Virus record (IMG/VR): IMGVR_UViG_3300011005_000062 | Span: 1 to 64,000 of that record | Source of the DNA: a virus | Length of the DNA: 64,000 nt | Direction: 5' to 3' (one strand) | In this document: piece after piece, positions 45,664-56,243 of the stretch | Layout: every line of letters starts with the position of its first letter | How positions within the stretch are numbered: position 1 is the stretch's first letter | Position numbers and translations under genes: made by a program | Notes under the pieces: generated by a model | What the model was told of the DNA's origin: nothing | The model's input: the letters and a program-made list of their open reading frames with translations, nothing else | Database searches by the model: none

Positions 45664-45693
45664 ATATATTCAATTTTCAATCAGCTATAAAAA

Positions 45694-45728
45694 AATTGGA
45701 TCTAACTTTATTCAAATTAGATCCAATT
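45694..45728. terminator. Hairpin terminator-like element
   Basis: attggatctaactttattcaaattagatccaatt inverted repeat. Confidence 0.6.
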
Positions 45729-46059
45729 TACTTTATTTAATATTATTGATTTATATTACATTTGGATCTAACTCTTACAAATAGCATGAAAAGCCATACC
45801 ACATTCAAACCATGCGGCTGCTCCTTCAATTCGTTCTGCAAAAATTGTTCCAAATACTTTCATTTTAAATTCTTTATTCCTTTTTAATTTTTATTCCAAG
45901 ATACTTATTAAAAATTACCAATTTTTATACGTCTAAATTTTGCTGTATGTATCTTTTTTATATTTATTATTATAATATTATTTATTCATTTTTAAACAAA
46001 AATTTAAAATTTATATAAATATTTTTAAATAAACTTTTAATATAAAGGAATGTTTAATT

Positions 46060-46515
46060 ATGAAAAAATTAATATTTACTTTTGTATTTATTGGAACATT
46101 AATGGTATTAACTGGTTGTGGTCATAATATAGTTAATGTAGATCGTGGTATAGGATTAGATATTCGAGTTCCATTACCATTTAGTGGTGAAAATATTGTT
46201 GCATTAAAAATAGGTCAAATAGATAGTACTTCATTAATTCTTAGAGGTAATGCAGAATTTAAAACAGATTCATCTACTACTGGTTCTCTTAGTACTGAAT
46301 CTTCATCTGGTGGGAATAGTAATAATCCAAATTCTTCTGGCACTTCTGGTAAATTAGGTACTTCTGGTGGTATTGGACAAAATATTTCATTTAGTACTAA
46401 ATTACAACTTAATGAAGGTTATCTTTGTGAAGTTTTAAAAGATCCAAATGTTCCTAATGAAGCAAAAATAGCATTAGTTAATTATTTAATACAATCTCAA
46501 ACAAATAAAAAATAA
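46060..46515 (+). CDS. Secreted lipoprotein
   Basis: MKKLIFTFVFIGTLMVLTGCGHN: signal peptide and lipobox LTGC. Confidence 0.8.
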   Translation: MKKLIFTFVFIGTLMVLTGCGHNIVNVDRGIGLDIRVPLPFSGENIVALKIGQIDSTSLILRGNAEFKTDSSTTGSLSTESSSGGNSNNPNSSGTSGKLGTSGGIGQNISFSTKLQLNEGYLCEVLKDPNVPNEAKIALVNYLIQSQTNKK

Positions 46516-46562
46516 ACACTATTTAAATAGTTAAATAATTAAACCACTTAATTATTCTTTAA

Positions 46563-46964
46563 TTAAGTGGTTTTTTCTTTAAAAGTAAACCCATCATCGC
46601 ATATATGTAGAAATTTTCTTAAGCTAAGAGGTCCACCATTTGATTGTTTTTCATTATCATTTTCATATATATATTTAACTGACCAAAATGGAACTTTATC
46701 TACATTATCAAATTCTTCAATAATTTCTGTTACAAAATATTTTTCATCATTTTTTTCTAAATAATAATGTTTAAAAAATTCTCTATAAAATTCTACATCA
46801 ATTGCAAAATCTTTAAATGGTTTATCTAATTCTTTTAATTGATTTTGTAAATCTTCTTCTTGATGTTGTAATTGCCACAATTCATGTAAAATAGTCTGTC
46901 TTTGATTAACCATATCAAATATTGGACTAAAATTCATTTTATTATCTACTTTATTTGTATTCAT
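46563..46964 (-). CDS. Hypothetical protein, MNTNKVD N-terminus
   Basis: Intact 133 aa ORF. Confidence 0.55.
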   Translation of the reverse strand: MNTNKVDNKMNFSPIFDMVNQRQTILHELWQLQHQEEDLQNQLKELDKPFKDFAIDVEFYREFFKHYYLEKNDEKYFVTEIIEEFDNVDKVPFWSVKYIYENDNEKQSNGGPLSLRKFLHICDDGFTFKEKTT

Positions 46965-47639
46965 ATTTCAATAAATCCACTTGAATTAACTTGTATTTTT
47001 TTATTAAAATACTTATTAAAAAATGCATTCATAAATTTCATTTTATTATTTAATTTTTCAGCACAAAATATAATATTATTTTGATTACTTAAAGAAAATA
47101 TATCAAACAATTTTTTAAATTTTTGTTTTAGCATTTCATCATTATTTACAAAATCTATAATAAATGTTTTTTGAAATATTTTACCTTGTTCATTCTTTTC
47201 AATAAATATTTGTACTTTATTAAATCCTAAATCTTTAATATTAAAATATATTATTATTTTTGCAGGTTCTGAAAAATCATATGAATTTGAATCTAATGCA
47301 TCACCGAATTTTAATATTTGTTCTAGGCACACCTAATTTTGCTAATCTATCTCTACATAATAATGCAATAACAGAATCTAATTCTATTCCATAACATTTA
47401 CTTGGATTAGCTCCTGCAATTACTGCTGCTGCTAATAATCCTCCACATCCAACAGTTGGATCTAAAATATTACCATCTAAATTATCAAACTTTTCCAACA
47501 TTTGGATTGAAAGTTCAGGCGGCGTGAAAAATTGTCCAAATTTTTGACGTTCTTCCTTAGACTTTGCTCCATATTGAACATTTACCCATTGATCATATTC
47601 ATCTTTAATTTTATTTTTTATATAATCAGAGATTTGCAT
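46961..47639 (-). CDS. N6-adenine DNA methylase-like protein, 225 aa, recoded at CGGT 47303..47306
   Basis: FGQFFTPPELSIQMLEKF, ILDPTVGCGGLLAAAVIAG, CYGIELDSVIA, PRTNIKI-[CGGT]-DALDSNSYDFSEPAKIIIYFNIKD. Both halves are exact multiples of three. Confidence 0.85.
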
Positions 47640-47704
47640 AAATTTTATACCTTTTATAATATATAAAATAAATATATTTAAATCAATTTAAAATAATACA
47701 TTTC

Positions 47705-48318
47705 ATGAATGTTTTTGACAAAATTTATTTACAAATAATTAATGAATCATTTTCAAATAATCCATTTAATTCATTAAACATTAATGATTTTCCAATAGGA
47801 TATAAATATAATAATTTTCCTGAAGGAAAAGACATTGATATAACTAATGAATTTAAAAACTATAATTTAAAAGAATTTAACTCAATAATTTTAACTAGAG
47901 TCATGGAATAAAATCAGAAGATATACATAATAAAATAAAATCAATTCATGGAATTAATTATATGAATATATCTGTTGAACGTTTTTATAAAGTTATTATG
48001 TTTTGTTTAAATAAAATTTATAAAAATATGCATAAATACAATATAAAATACCAAGAAAGAGATATTTTGTTTAAAATAAAAGATAATATAATTAATCAAG
48101 AATATTCTATTGTTATTACATCAAAACCAATAATTCATTCTGAAAATTTCAATATAAAAATAAAAACAATATTTTATTCTAAGTTTTCAAATGAAGAAAA
48201 ACTATCTATTAAACATTCTGATAAAGGTTGGTTAAAAGAATGCCCAATATTTTCATATATTTTAAACGAATCAAAAAATATTAAAATCTTAACATTTTAT
48301 TTAAATCTTGACAATTAA
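47705..48318 (+). CDS. Hypothetical protein, paralog of 26440..27066; one -1-type frame break near 47915
   Basis: MNVFDKIYLQIINESF...GYKYNNFPEGKDIDITNEF then ...IKSEDIHNKIKSIHGINYMNISVERFYKVIMFCLNK. Confidence 0.55.
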
Positions 48319-48681
48319 TACAATAATTTGAAAATGAAATATCTTTTTCATCATTTTTAATTATTTGATCTTCAATATAATCATAAATAAAATATATTGA
48401 TCCAACTGATGATTTATCACACAATTTTCCAATTTCTACAAATATAAAACAGTTTAAGTTATTACTAATATTTTTTGAAGTAATTAATGAAAAATTATCA
48501 CTATAATATAATTTAAAATTTTTATTCATTTTAAAGTTATTTAATTCATATAATGAATGATTAATAGATGAAATATCATTTATTTCATTTAATGAATAAA
48601 AATTATTTTTAATTGATTTATGAAATGAATAATCAAAATATTGAATATATTTTTTAAATTGTTGTTTTGTAAAAGATATTT

Positions 48682-49809
48682 TCACATATACTTCTCCATG
48701 GTCTTTTCAATCAATTCCTGTTCTTCTTTAGTGATATTGAAGTAAGTATAAAAATCTTCATTAGTCCATTCAGACTCATAACCTTTTAAACCAGTACGAG
48801 GATTAATGCAATCACCCATCCAAGGAAGGAATTCTGGGTGGACGTGAACGTCCACCGTCATTGATTTAAATATATATCTTATAAAAATAGTTTCACAAGA
48901 ATTTATGAAATTTGTTCTTTCTCCTTCAGAATTAAATTCTATACAAAAAGCTTCATTTTTTGGTTTAACATTTCCCCAAGATACGCGTTTTTTATATTCT
49001 AAAAGTGTTTCACCATTTTTATTTTTTCCATTATTGAAAATCGTGCCTTCTTTTGCAAAGATAAAATGACTGCATGATTCAGTACGACCATTATTTCCTC
49101 CACAAATTAAACTTATTATTAAAGTATATTTTTCTGGAGTTTTCCAAATCAAATTATCTTTAATATTTCCAGACATCATTTTTAAAACTTTATCAAGAAT
49201 TCGATTTGAATACATATTAAACTTCATATTTGGATTTATTTTACAAGTATAAATACCAAGTTGAATATTTAATGCATTCTGAAAAATTTCACCTGCAATT
49301 TTAGAATCAATTTCATCAATGCTTTCAATATGTTTTGCTACACTATCTTCAAATCTTTTAAGATCAGAACTCTTTTTATACTTTGCCAAAGGATCCTGTA
49401 ACCAACGAATAGGACTGAGATTTATACATTCACCATCTTCAGTAAGCTGTTCAATTGCCTTAGCAAGAATCTTCAGGTGCAGATTTTTACTATAAGGCGG
49501 ATTCATTATAATTTTATCAAATTTCATATTTAGTTTCTCCATTGCATCAATAATGGATTCATCTTCTTCAGTTTCAATATATTTAATCTGAGGAAAGAAC
49601 GCTTTCAACAAATCACCAGTATCTGGTTGATCAATTATAAAATAATTACAATTCATATTATTTACTATAAATCGGTAAATAACATCGGAATTTCCAAGAT
49701 GAATCAAAAGAACATTTTCACCATCTTTAAACTTATCGATCTTGTTGGTAAGCAAATTATAATACAAGTTAACATCTGCTTTTTCTTTGTTCAAACGTTC
49801 TTTAGACAT
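48682..49809 (-). CDS. Adenine-specific DNA methylase-like protein
   Basis: KFDKIIMNPPYSKNLHLKILAKAIEQLTEDGECINLSP: NPPY motif. Confidence 0.85.
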   Translation of the reverse strand: MSKERLNKEKADVNLYYNLLTNKIDKFKDGENVLLIHLGNSDVIYRFIVNNMNCNYFIIDQPDTGDLLKAFFPQIKYIETEEDESIIDAMEKLNMKFDKIIMNPPYSKNLHLKILAKAIEQLTEDGECINLSPIRWLQDPLAKYKKSSDLKRFEDSVAKHIESIDEIDSKIAGEIFQNALNIQLGIYTCKINPNMKFNMYSNRILDKVLKMMSGNIKDNLIWKTPEKYTLIISLICGGNNGRTESCSHFIFAKEGTIFNNGKNKNGETLLEYKKRVSWGNVKPKNEAFCIEFNSEGERTNFINSCETIFIRYIFKSMTVDVHVHPEFLPWMGDCINPRTGLKGYESEWTNEDFYTYFNITKEEQELIEKTMEKYM

Positions 49810-49829
49810 TTTGATTACCTTTAAATTTA

Positions 49830-49870
49830 GTTTATATTATAATATAATAAAAATATTTAAAAAATAAACT
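49830..49870 (-). promoter_or_regulatory. Candidate phage promoter (same motif)
   Basis: Minus-strand AGTTTATTTTTTAAATATTTTTATTATATTATAATATAAA upstream of 48682..49809. Confidence 0.55.
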
Positions 49871-49883
49871 AAATTTAACATTT

Positions 49884-51881
49884 TTAGCACAATCCAACAA
49901 TTTTCAAGAACTGAAGATTTTTGCAAAATCCAATAGTAATAAGTTTCTTAGCAAACCCAGGAAGATGCGAAAGCTGATTCTTCAACAAAAAATCTGGATG
50001 TTCTTTAATAACAGTCATAATATGTTCATTATCCATATGACGAAGAACATATCCACGAATAGTTTTGATTACTTCAAACAGAAGGATATCGTTATTCATT
50101 TCATTATTATTATTTTCTTTTTCATTATTCTGTTTATTCTGTTTAGTATTAACTTTAGCTTTACGACTACGATTATTTTTAATACCAGCCTTTTTGGAAT
50201 TGCCCATAATATTATTTGTCCTTTTCAAAGAAGTCGTAAAAAGTTTAAGTTCTTCTTCAGAAAAACTGTTATTAAAATTCTTAAGCAATTCTTCATATTC
50301 ATCACTTTCAGTAAAATCTTTAAAATCTTTACTAAGACGAACATTTCTGAACTGATCACTATACTGAATTTCAGAAATTTCAGGATCAAAATTAGGATCA
50401 ATATCAATCCAACCAATTTTAGTTTTTTCTTTTACTTCGTCATTTTCATCATTATCATTGATGTAACCGTTACCAGTAATATCAATTCGTTTTCCCCAAT
50501 CAAAACAATCAGAAGTAAGACTATGTTCAATCATCAATTCACTAAGAAGTTTAAACAAAGAATCACAATTTTCATACACACAATAAACATTAGGAAATTT
50601 CTTACCATTATATTTACGAAGAACACGACCAATCTGCTGCATTGCAGTAGTATCAGAATTAGATTTAGTAATAACAGAATTAAAAGAACGAATATTAATA
50701 CCTTCACCAATCATTGCAACTTGTCCAACCATAATCGGTTTTCCATCCAAAACAGAATTCAAAATAGGCTGCATTTTTTCATTTTCAGTAATACCGGTGT
50801 CAAGACCTTCAATCAAGTCATATACATCACTACTATTATAAGTTATTCCATTGACCATAGATTTGCATTCACGCACATATTTATCTTCAGTATCAAACTT
50901 TTTTCCAGAATGAATGGTAATGAGATGAAAATCTTTATTCATATGAGTCTGAATATACTTATCGTGTTCAAATTCATCAATTTCAGGAATCGATCCAAAG
51001 TTAACAAGAAAACGAACACCATTTGCAGGTTTAATTATATTCACTTCATGTTTCAAAACTTTTATAATTGCAGTAGAAAACAAATCTGCTGCACAAATAT
51101 GAACCAAATTCAAAATAGGATATTCAACCCAGCCATTTTTAATAGCCACATTAAGCGGGCATTCACATGCATTCTTAATAAAGGCTTTAGTAATATCTTT
51201 CTGGTAATTAGCAGGAGTTCCGGAAAGAAGAATTACATTCTGAAAATAAGTCAACAAACACTTATTATTAACATAATCAATAGAAGTATGCTTATTGAAT
51301 ATTGTAGTACCAAACATCTTTTTAACATAATCATCAGTTTTAAAGTTATGCGCTTCATCAAAAATAATATTACCGAAAATATATCCAGCTTTCTGCCAAG
51401 TAGCAAAACGCTTCATCCAGCTCTTCCAACGAGCACCAGGCTTAGATCTGTCTTCACCCCAAAGAGAAGCATCGCAAATAATAAACACCACATGTTGAAC
51501 ATCAAGATAATCATTATGACGATTCCACTCATGACAAGTGCAATCTACTGGAATAATTTGAAAAGGAGAACCATTACCAGGAAATTCTTCAAATTTCTGA
51601 TAACTAAACGGACCACAAGTGGCAATCTTATCCGTAAGTTCTTTACTCTGCTGCGCACAAAGTTTAATACGTGGAGTAACAAAAACCTGAATGGTTTTTT
51701 CATTCTTATAAAGATCAATAAAATCAGCAAGAGCCAAAGATCCGAAAAAAGTCTTTCCAGCTCCAACACAAACATTCACCGGAATTGCATTATGCTGATC
51801 TGTACGATTACATTTGGTAAGAACTTTAACAAATCCATCTTTCTGCCAATCATGCAACTGAATCATCAAATCAGAATTCAT
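49884..51881 (-). CDS. SF2 helicase
   Basis: VNVCVGAGKTFFGSLALADF (Walker A), FDEAHNF, LLSGTP, QQIGRVLRKYNGK. Confidence 0.93.
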   Translation of the reverse strand: MNSDLMIQLHDWQKDGFVKVLTKCNRTDQHNAIPVNVCVGAGKTFFGSLALADFIDLYKNEKTIQVFVTPRIKLCAQQSKELTDKIATCGPFSYQKFEEFPGNGSPFQIIPVDCTCHEWNRHNDYLDVQHVVFIICDASLWGEDRSKPGARWKSWMKRFATWQKAGYIFGNIIFDEAHNFKTDDYVKKMFGTTIFNKHTSIDYVNNKCLLTYFQNVILLSGTPANYQKDITKAFIKNACECPLNVAIKNGWVEYPILNLVHICAADLFSTAIIKVLKHEVNIIKPANGVRFLVNFGSIPEIDEFEHDKYIQTHMNKDFHLITIHSGKKFDTEDKYVRECKSMVNGITYNSSDVYDLIEGLDTGITENEKMQPILNSVLDGKPIMVGQVAMIGEGINIRSFNSVITKSNSDTTAMQQIGRVLRKYNGKKFPNVYCVYENCDSLFKLLSELMIEHSLTSDCFDWGKRIDITGNGYINDNDENDEVKEKTKIGWIDIDPNFDPEISEIQYSDQFRNVRLSKDFKDFTESDEYEELLKNFNNSFSEEELKLFTTSLKRTNNIMGNSKKAGIKNNRSRKAKVNTKQNKQNNEKENNNNEMNNDILLFEVIKTIRGYVLRHMDNEHIMTVIKEHPDFLLKNQLSHLPGFAKKLITIGFCKNLQFLKIVGLC

Positions 51882-51942
51882 ATAATTTACCTCAATTATT
51901 TATTTATATTATAATATAATAAAAATATCAAATAAATAAACA

Positions 51943-52677
51943 TTATAAAGAGGAAATTTCAGAAATTATCTGTTCAAAGATATATGATTTATTTGTAAGA
52001 TCAAGTTTTTCAATTGTTTTAGGACCGATAAATCTTACAGATCCTTGATAATCAGTCAAAACTCGATGATCTTTAACATCAGTAAATGAAAAAATAATTT
52101 GGCGTGGAATTTTCAAAAACTTAATGAAATTATCAGGATCAACTTTTTTATTATCCTGCAACCAATGAGTAGTCATTGCCATAGATTTACTAAATATCAA
52201 ACGATTGACTTGATTTTCTTTAAAATCTTTACTATAATTTTTAATTTGAATTCCAACAGGAAAACCATCTGCTGGGTGTATACCTTCAGCATCGATATAT
52301 TCTTCATGTGTTGGATCGACTGGAACATAAGAACTTGGAACAACATCAAAATTCATTCCAAAATCAATAAATAGTTTTTCAACAAAAATTTCACCAATAT
52401 TACCACGAAATTTATTAATCACCAGATTAATAGATTCATTATCAGTGGTATAGTGTTTTAATTTGTTATCAATGATCTTACATTCATTATTAATAATATA
52501 ATGCCATATATTCAAAAACTTTGTTTTTGAATCATTAATATCTGTTCTTATCTTAATTTGTTCAAAAACTGAAAGATAATTTTCTTTAAGAAATAAAGGT
52601 TTTACTGTAGTAATATTAGAACCATTAATATTCTGCTTCCAAAATACAAGAGATTTATTAGAAGTAATAGTGTTCAT
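51943..52677 (-). CDS. Possible PD-(D/E)XK-type nuclease
   Basis: FRGNIGEIFVEKLFIDFG...DAEGIHPADGFPVGIQIKNYSKDF; nuclease-like E...D...QIK pattern. Confidence 0.4.
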   Translation of the reverse strand: MNTITSNKSLVFWKQNINGSNITTVKPLFLKENYLSVFEQIKIRTDINDSKTKFLNIWHYIINNECKIIDNKLKHYTTDNESINLVINKFRGNIGEIFVEKLFIDFGMNFDVVPSSYVPVDPTHEEYIDAEGIHPADGFPVGIQIKNYSKDFKENQVNRLIFSKSMAMTTHWLQDNKKVDPDNFIKFLKIPRQIIFSFTDVKDHRVLTDYQGSVRFIGPKTIEKLDLTNKSYIFEQIISEISSL

Positions 52678-52757
52678 AACCTTATCCTTTTTATATTATT
52701 TTTACATTAATAATATAATAGAAATTTTAATAAAATAAACAAATATATACAAAAAAA

Positions 52758-52785
52758 GCATGATAGCTAATAGCTACCATGCACT
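52758..52785 (-). terminator. Rho-independent terminator
   Basis: Minus strand GCATGGTAGCTATTAGCTATCATGC followed by TTTTTTT. Confidence 0.85.
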
Positions 52786-53120
52786 TAAAAAATCCAGACT
52801 TTGAAGTTTCTCGAGCTTATCAAAGTCTTTCTAATAATAGCGCGTGGAAAATCTGATCACCAAATTGCTCCAAGATGACTAGTTACTGCCACACATCAGC
52901 TAACTAACAGGCTATACAATTGGAGTTTGCTACCTGCCATTACATAATTGATGGAATAGGTCGATCACCATCTTATGAGGATCCACGGTATTTCTCCTTC
53001 CTCTTAGTTGTTGAAGGAAATAGGTCATCATCATCCTTCTATGAACTTTTCCATACCGAGTGATCAGCTCGTGTATCGTTCTTTGAATAACCGACCGAAG
53101 CCATTTGGTTATTCCAATTT
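52780..53120 (-). ncRNA. Candidate structured noncoding RNA of unknown family
   Basis: Locally GC-richer non-ORF segment with several complementary segments, ending at a strong terminator. Confidence 0.55.
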
Positions 53121-53240
53121 TTAATCAACTCAATTTCAATTCATCTTGCATAACTATAGGAGACTTGCTTATGATTTATTTAATTGAATTGATCTTTTAT
53201 ATTATTAATATAATATATTTTTTAGAAAAATAAACTAATT

Positions 53241-53672
53241 TTACTTAGTTTTTTTAGGAAATTCTAATTCACTTGCTTTACTAATAAGATTATCTGTAAC
53301 TAGCATAGTTTCAAAAACCTGAATCTTATATTCTACACGAAATAGACGAAATTCTGGTTCATTCTGAAAAAACCTATGAATTTGACTTTCCTTTGCAATA
53401 TGCTGATTATCAGTAAAATACTTAATAACTGTATATTCAGAAGTCTTATTATCAAAAGCAACATTTTCCATAATATCGGACATTGATATACCATGATTAC
53501 GCTGATTTAACACATCACAAGCAACAGCAAGAGCTTTTTCTGGTGTATCAACAAACTTATTATTGAAATAACGATCAAACATTACTTCTGGATTATCCTG
53601 ACGAGCAATTTCACGACGTGTTCCAAATTCGGTCTTAACATCAATAACTGCACTAAAATACTTCTTACTCAT
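53241..53672 (-). CDS. Hypothetical protein
   Basis: 143 aa intact ORF. Confidence 0.5.
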   Translation of the reverse strand: MSKKYFSAVIDVKTEFGTRREIARQDNPEVMFDRYFNNKFVDTPEKALAVACDVLNQRNHGISMSDIMENVAFDNKTSEYTVIKYFTDNQHIAKESQIHRFFQNEPEFRLFRVEYKIQVFETMLVTDNLISKASELEFPKKTK

Positions 53673-53717
53673 AACATTTTTCCTTTCTTTGGTTAATTAA
53701 TTAAAATATATATGATT

Positions 53718-54134
53718 TTAAAGTTCTAGATCAAATGTTTCAACTCCCATTTTATTTTTTGTATTTTTATTTGGTAAAAATGTTGAAAAATAAACTCTAT
53801 TTACATTATCAGTTAAATCTTTTTGACAAATAAATACTACATACATATTTGATAATGTTAAATGACACAAATAATTTCGTATATATGGATTCTTTTTACT
53901 ACATTTATCAAAACATAAATTATTAATTAAATATTCAATAATCTGATTTTTAATCAAATTCCATCTTTTCCATGTAGTTAATTCAATAGTATATCTTAAC
54001 ATTAATCTATCTTTTAAATGATCAAAATTTTCATATATTTCAATACCTTTGTATAATCTAACACTTTTCCATTTTTTATTAGAAAATTTGGTTTCATTTA
54101 TAATTTTATTATATAATGCATTAAATTTATTCAT
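53718..54134 (-). CDS. Hypothetical protein with shared MxxFxxxYxxIINE leader
   Basis: MNKFNALYNKIINETKFSNKK. Confidence 0.5.
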   Translation of the reverse strand: MNKFNALYNKIINETKFSNKKWKSVRLYKGIEIYENFDHLKDRLMLRYTIELTTWKRWNLIKNQIIEYLINNLCFDKCSKKNPYIRNYLCHLTLSNMYVVFICQKDLTDNVNRVYFSTFLPNKNTKNKMGVETFDLEL

Positions 54135-54700
54135 TTAAATCTTCTCCAAATGTTTGTTTTTTAACATATGGTGAAATAGATTCATAAATAGTTTTATTTT
54201 TATATTCTTTATCAAATTGATCAAAATATTTCATTAATGTTTGTGCTTCTTGCAATGAAATACCTGAATTAATAATTTTATCAATTTCTTCTTTTGGTAT
54301 TTTTAGAAATTCTTCATATGTTTGTGGTATTTGCATATACTAATTATATCCTATATTTACTTATTCCATTTTACTGGATAACAATGTGTCCATTTATCCT
54401 TATCAGCAATTGGATGATCTTCGATTCTTAGATAATACTGATTTTGATAATCACCTTGAATAGCTTTATCTGCTTGTTCTTCACTTTCAAATTCATAAGC
54501 GATTAGATTACTTTCAATTTCTACAGCATATACATATTTCTTTTTCATATTATTATCTTTCTTAGTTGAATTTACAATAGATATAATTTCTTTATTTAAT
54601 TGATTCATTTCTTTTTTTGTTAACATTATAATAATAATACAAACTAACCAAAAAATAAACTGACCACCGAAAAATAATTAATAATAAAAATAAAATAGTA

Positions 54701-55564
54701 TTAACTATAATCTGTTTCATATTCAAATCCACATGTACATTCAGTTGTACTATAATTTGAAGATGGTGAACTAGAGTTTTCAGTCATTTTATGTTGTTCT
54801 GGACGTTCTTTCATCATTTGTTCATGTCTTTTATATGCATACTCAAATTCAGGACTATGTGGATTGCTTCCCCAATTTTTACATACTTCTTTATCAGTTA
54901 AATGCACAACTGGCTCTTCTATCATTAAATCTACATTATTTTCTTTTACCCATTGATCAATATTTTCTATAGGATAAAAACATGCATTTATATCTAATGT
55001 TCCATTTTTAATAATTGGTTGTTTATTATTAATTAAATAAAATCTCTTATAATGAGTTAAACAATAATTTCCTTCTTCATCTATATCAGGTACAACCGTT
55101 TTAAATCCATATACAGATCCATCATATTTAGTAGTTTGAGCTTTCCATATTCCTGTTTCTTGTTGTTTTAGTTTTACACCTCTCAATTCCATGTAAGAAT
55201 CAGATATTTTTCTATCAATATAATATAATTTGGTTGACATATCTTTAGCATTTTTTAATTCAATATATTGATGTGTTTTATATGGATAATTTAAAGGATT
55301 TTTATTAGTTATATATTGTACATATTTTGTATATAATTCTGGTAATTTCCAATCGCCCCATGGTATTTCACCATTTGATATAGAATAAAGAGTTTCTAAT
55401 TCTCGTACTTTATTGTATAATTCATTACGATATTTATATTTTGGATTATTATAATCTTCTTTTACTTCTTCATATTCTTTTTTTGCTTTTATATAATCGT
55501 TTTCAATAGGATTAGACCATTCATATATTAACTTTGTATATATCGCATTAAATTTATCTAACAT
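54701..55564 (-). CDS. Hypothetical protein with shared leader
   Basis: MLDKFNAIYTKLIYEWSNP. Confidence 0.5.
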   Translation of the reverse strand: MLDKFNAIYTKLIYEWSNPIENDYIKAKKEYEEVKEDYNNPKYKYRNELYNKVRELETLYSISNGEIPWGDWKLPELYTKYVQYITNKNPLNYPYKTHQYIELKNAKDMSTKLYYIDRKISDSYMELRGVKLKQQETGIWKAQTTKYDGSVYGFKTVVPDIDEEGNYCLTHYKRFYLINNKQPIIKNGTLDINACFYPIENIDQWVKENNVDLMIEEPVVHLTDKEVCKNWGSNPHSPEFEYAYKRHEQMMKERPEQHKMTENSSSPSSNYSTTECTCGFEYETDYS

Positions 55565-55565
55565 T

Positions 55566-55925
55566 TTATTTTTCCTTTTGTTTTATATTCAATATACGCT
55601 CTATATTATTTATTAATGAATTTTTGTTATGTTCACTAATTAAATGTGTTAAACTTGCACTTATTGTACCAACATTGATAGTAAATAAACCATATCCAAT
55701 TATAATTAAAAACATTCCAACTATTCTACCATATAAAGTTATTGGATATACATTACTATCTCCTATAGAAGTTGCATTTATACTCCACCATAATGCATCA
55801 TAATAATTTTTTATATTTGCTAATGGATCTTGCAATTCACATTTTAATGTTAAAAATGCTCCAAGAAATATTACAAATATATATACAGTTAATGTTGAAC
55901 ATAAAATTTTAATTAAATTTTTCAT
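55566..55925 (-). CDS. Two-TM pore-loop ion channel-like protein
   Basis: N-terminal TM helix, DALWWSINATSIGDSNVYPITLYGRIVGMFLIIIGYGLFTINVGTISA resembles K+-channel pore helix plus TM2. Confidence 0.75.
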   Translation of the reverse strand: MKNLIKILCSTLTVYIFVIFLGAFLTLKCELQDPLANIKNYYDALWWSINATSIGDSNVYPITLYGRIVGMFLIIIGYGLFTINVGTISASLTHLISEHNKNSLINNIERILNIKQKEK

Positions 55926-55931
55926 AAATAC

Positions 55932-56243
55932 TCACTTAGTTTTTCTATTATAAGTATTTATAAAATTTGGATGTTTTTGTTTCCAAATCAACCAAATTTG
56001 AATATCTTTATGATTTTTTAGTAACTCCAAAGAGTTATATTTTAATGCTAATTCTTTTTCATTAATACATGAATGAATTTTGTTATGGCAACTTTTGCAT
56101 AAGGTTAAACCATATTTATTTAAATCAATATCTTTAAAATGTTTAACAATATATTTGTTTTTATGTAATGATTTAGGAATTAAATGATGAAAGTTTGTAT
56201 CACCATCATTATATTCAAATTGACATAATTTACATTTTTTCAT
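55932..56243 (-). CDS. HNH endonuclease
   Basis: CKLCQFEYNDGDTNFHHLIPKSLH...YGLTLCKSCHNKIH. Confidence 0.88.
   Translation of the reverse strand: MKKCKLCQFEYNDGDTNFHHLIPKSLHKNKYIVKHFKDIDLNKYGLTLCKSCHNKIHSCINEKELALKYNSLELLKNHKDIQIWLIWKQKHPNFINTYNRKTK

Noticed and set aside
49965-51914. Plus-strand ORF of 649 aa
   Set aside because: Antisense to the well-supported SF2 helicase; composition-driven open frame with Ile/Phe/Asn-rich translation.
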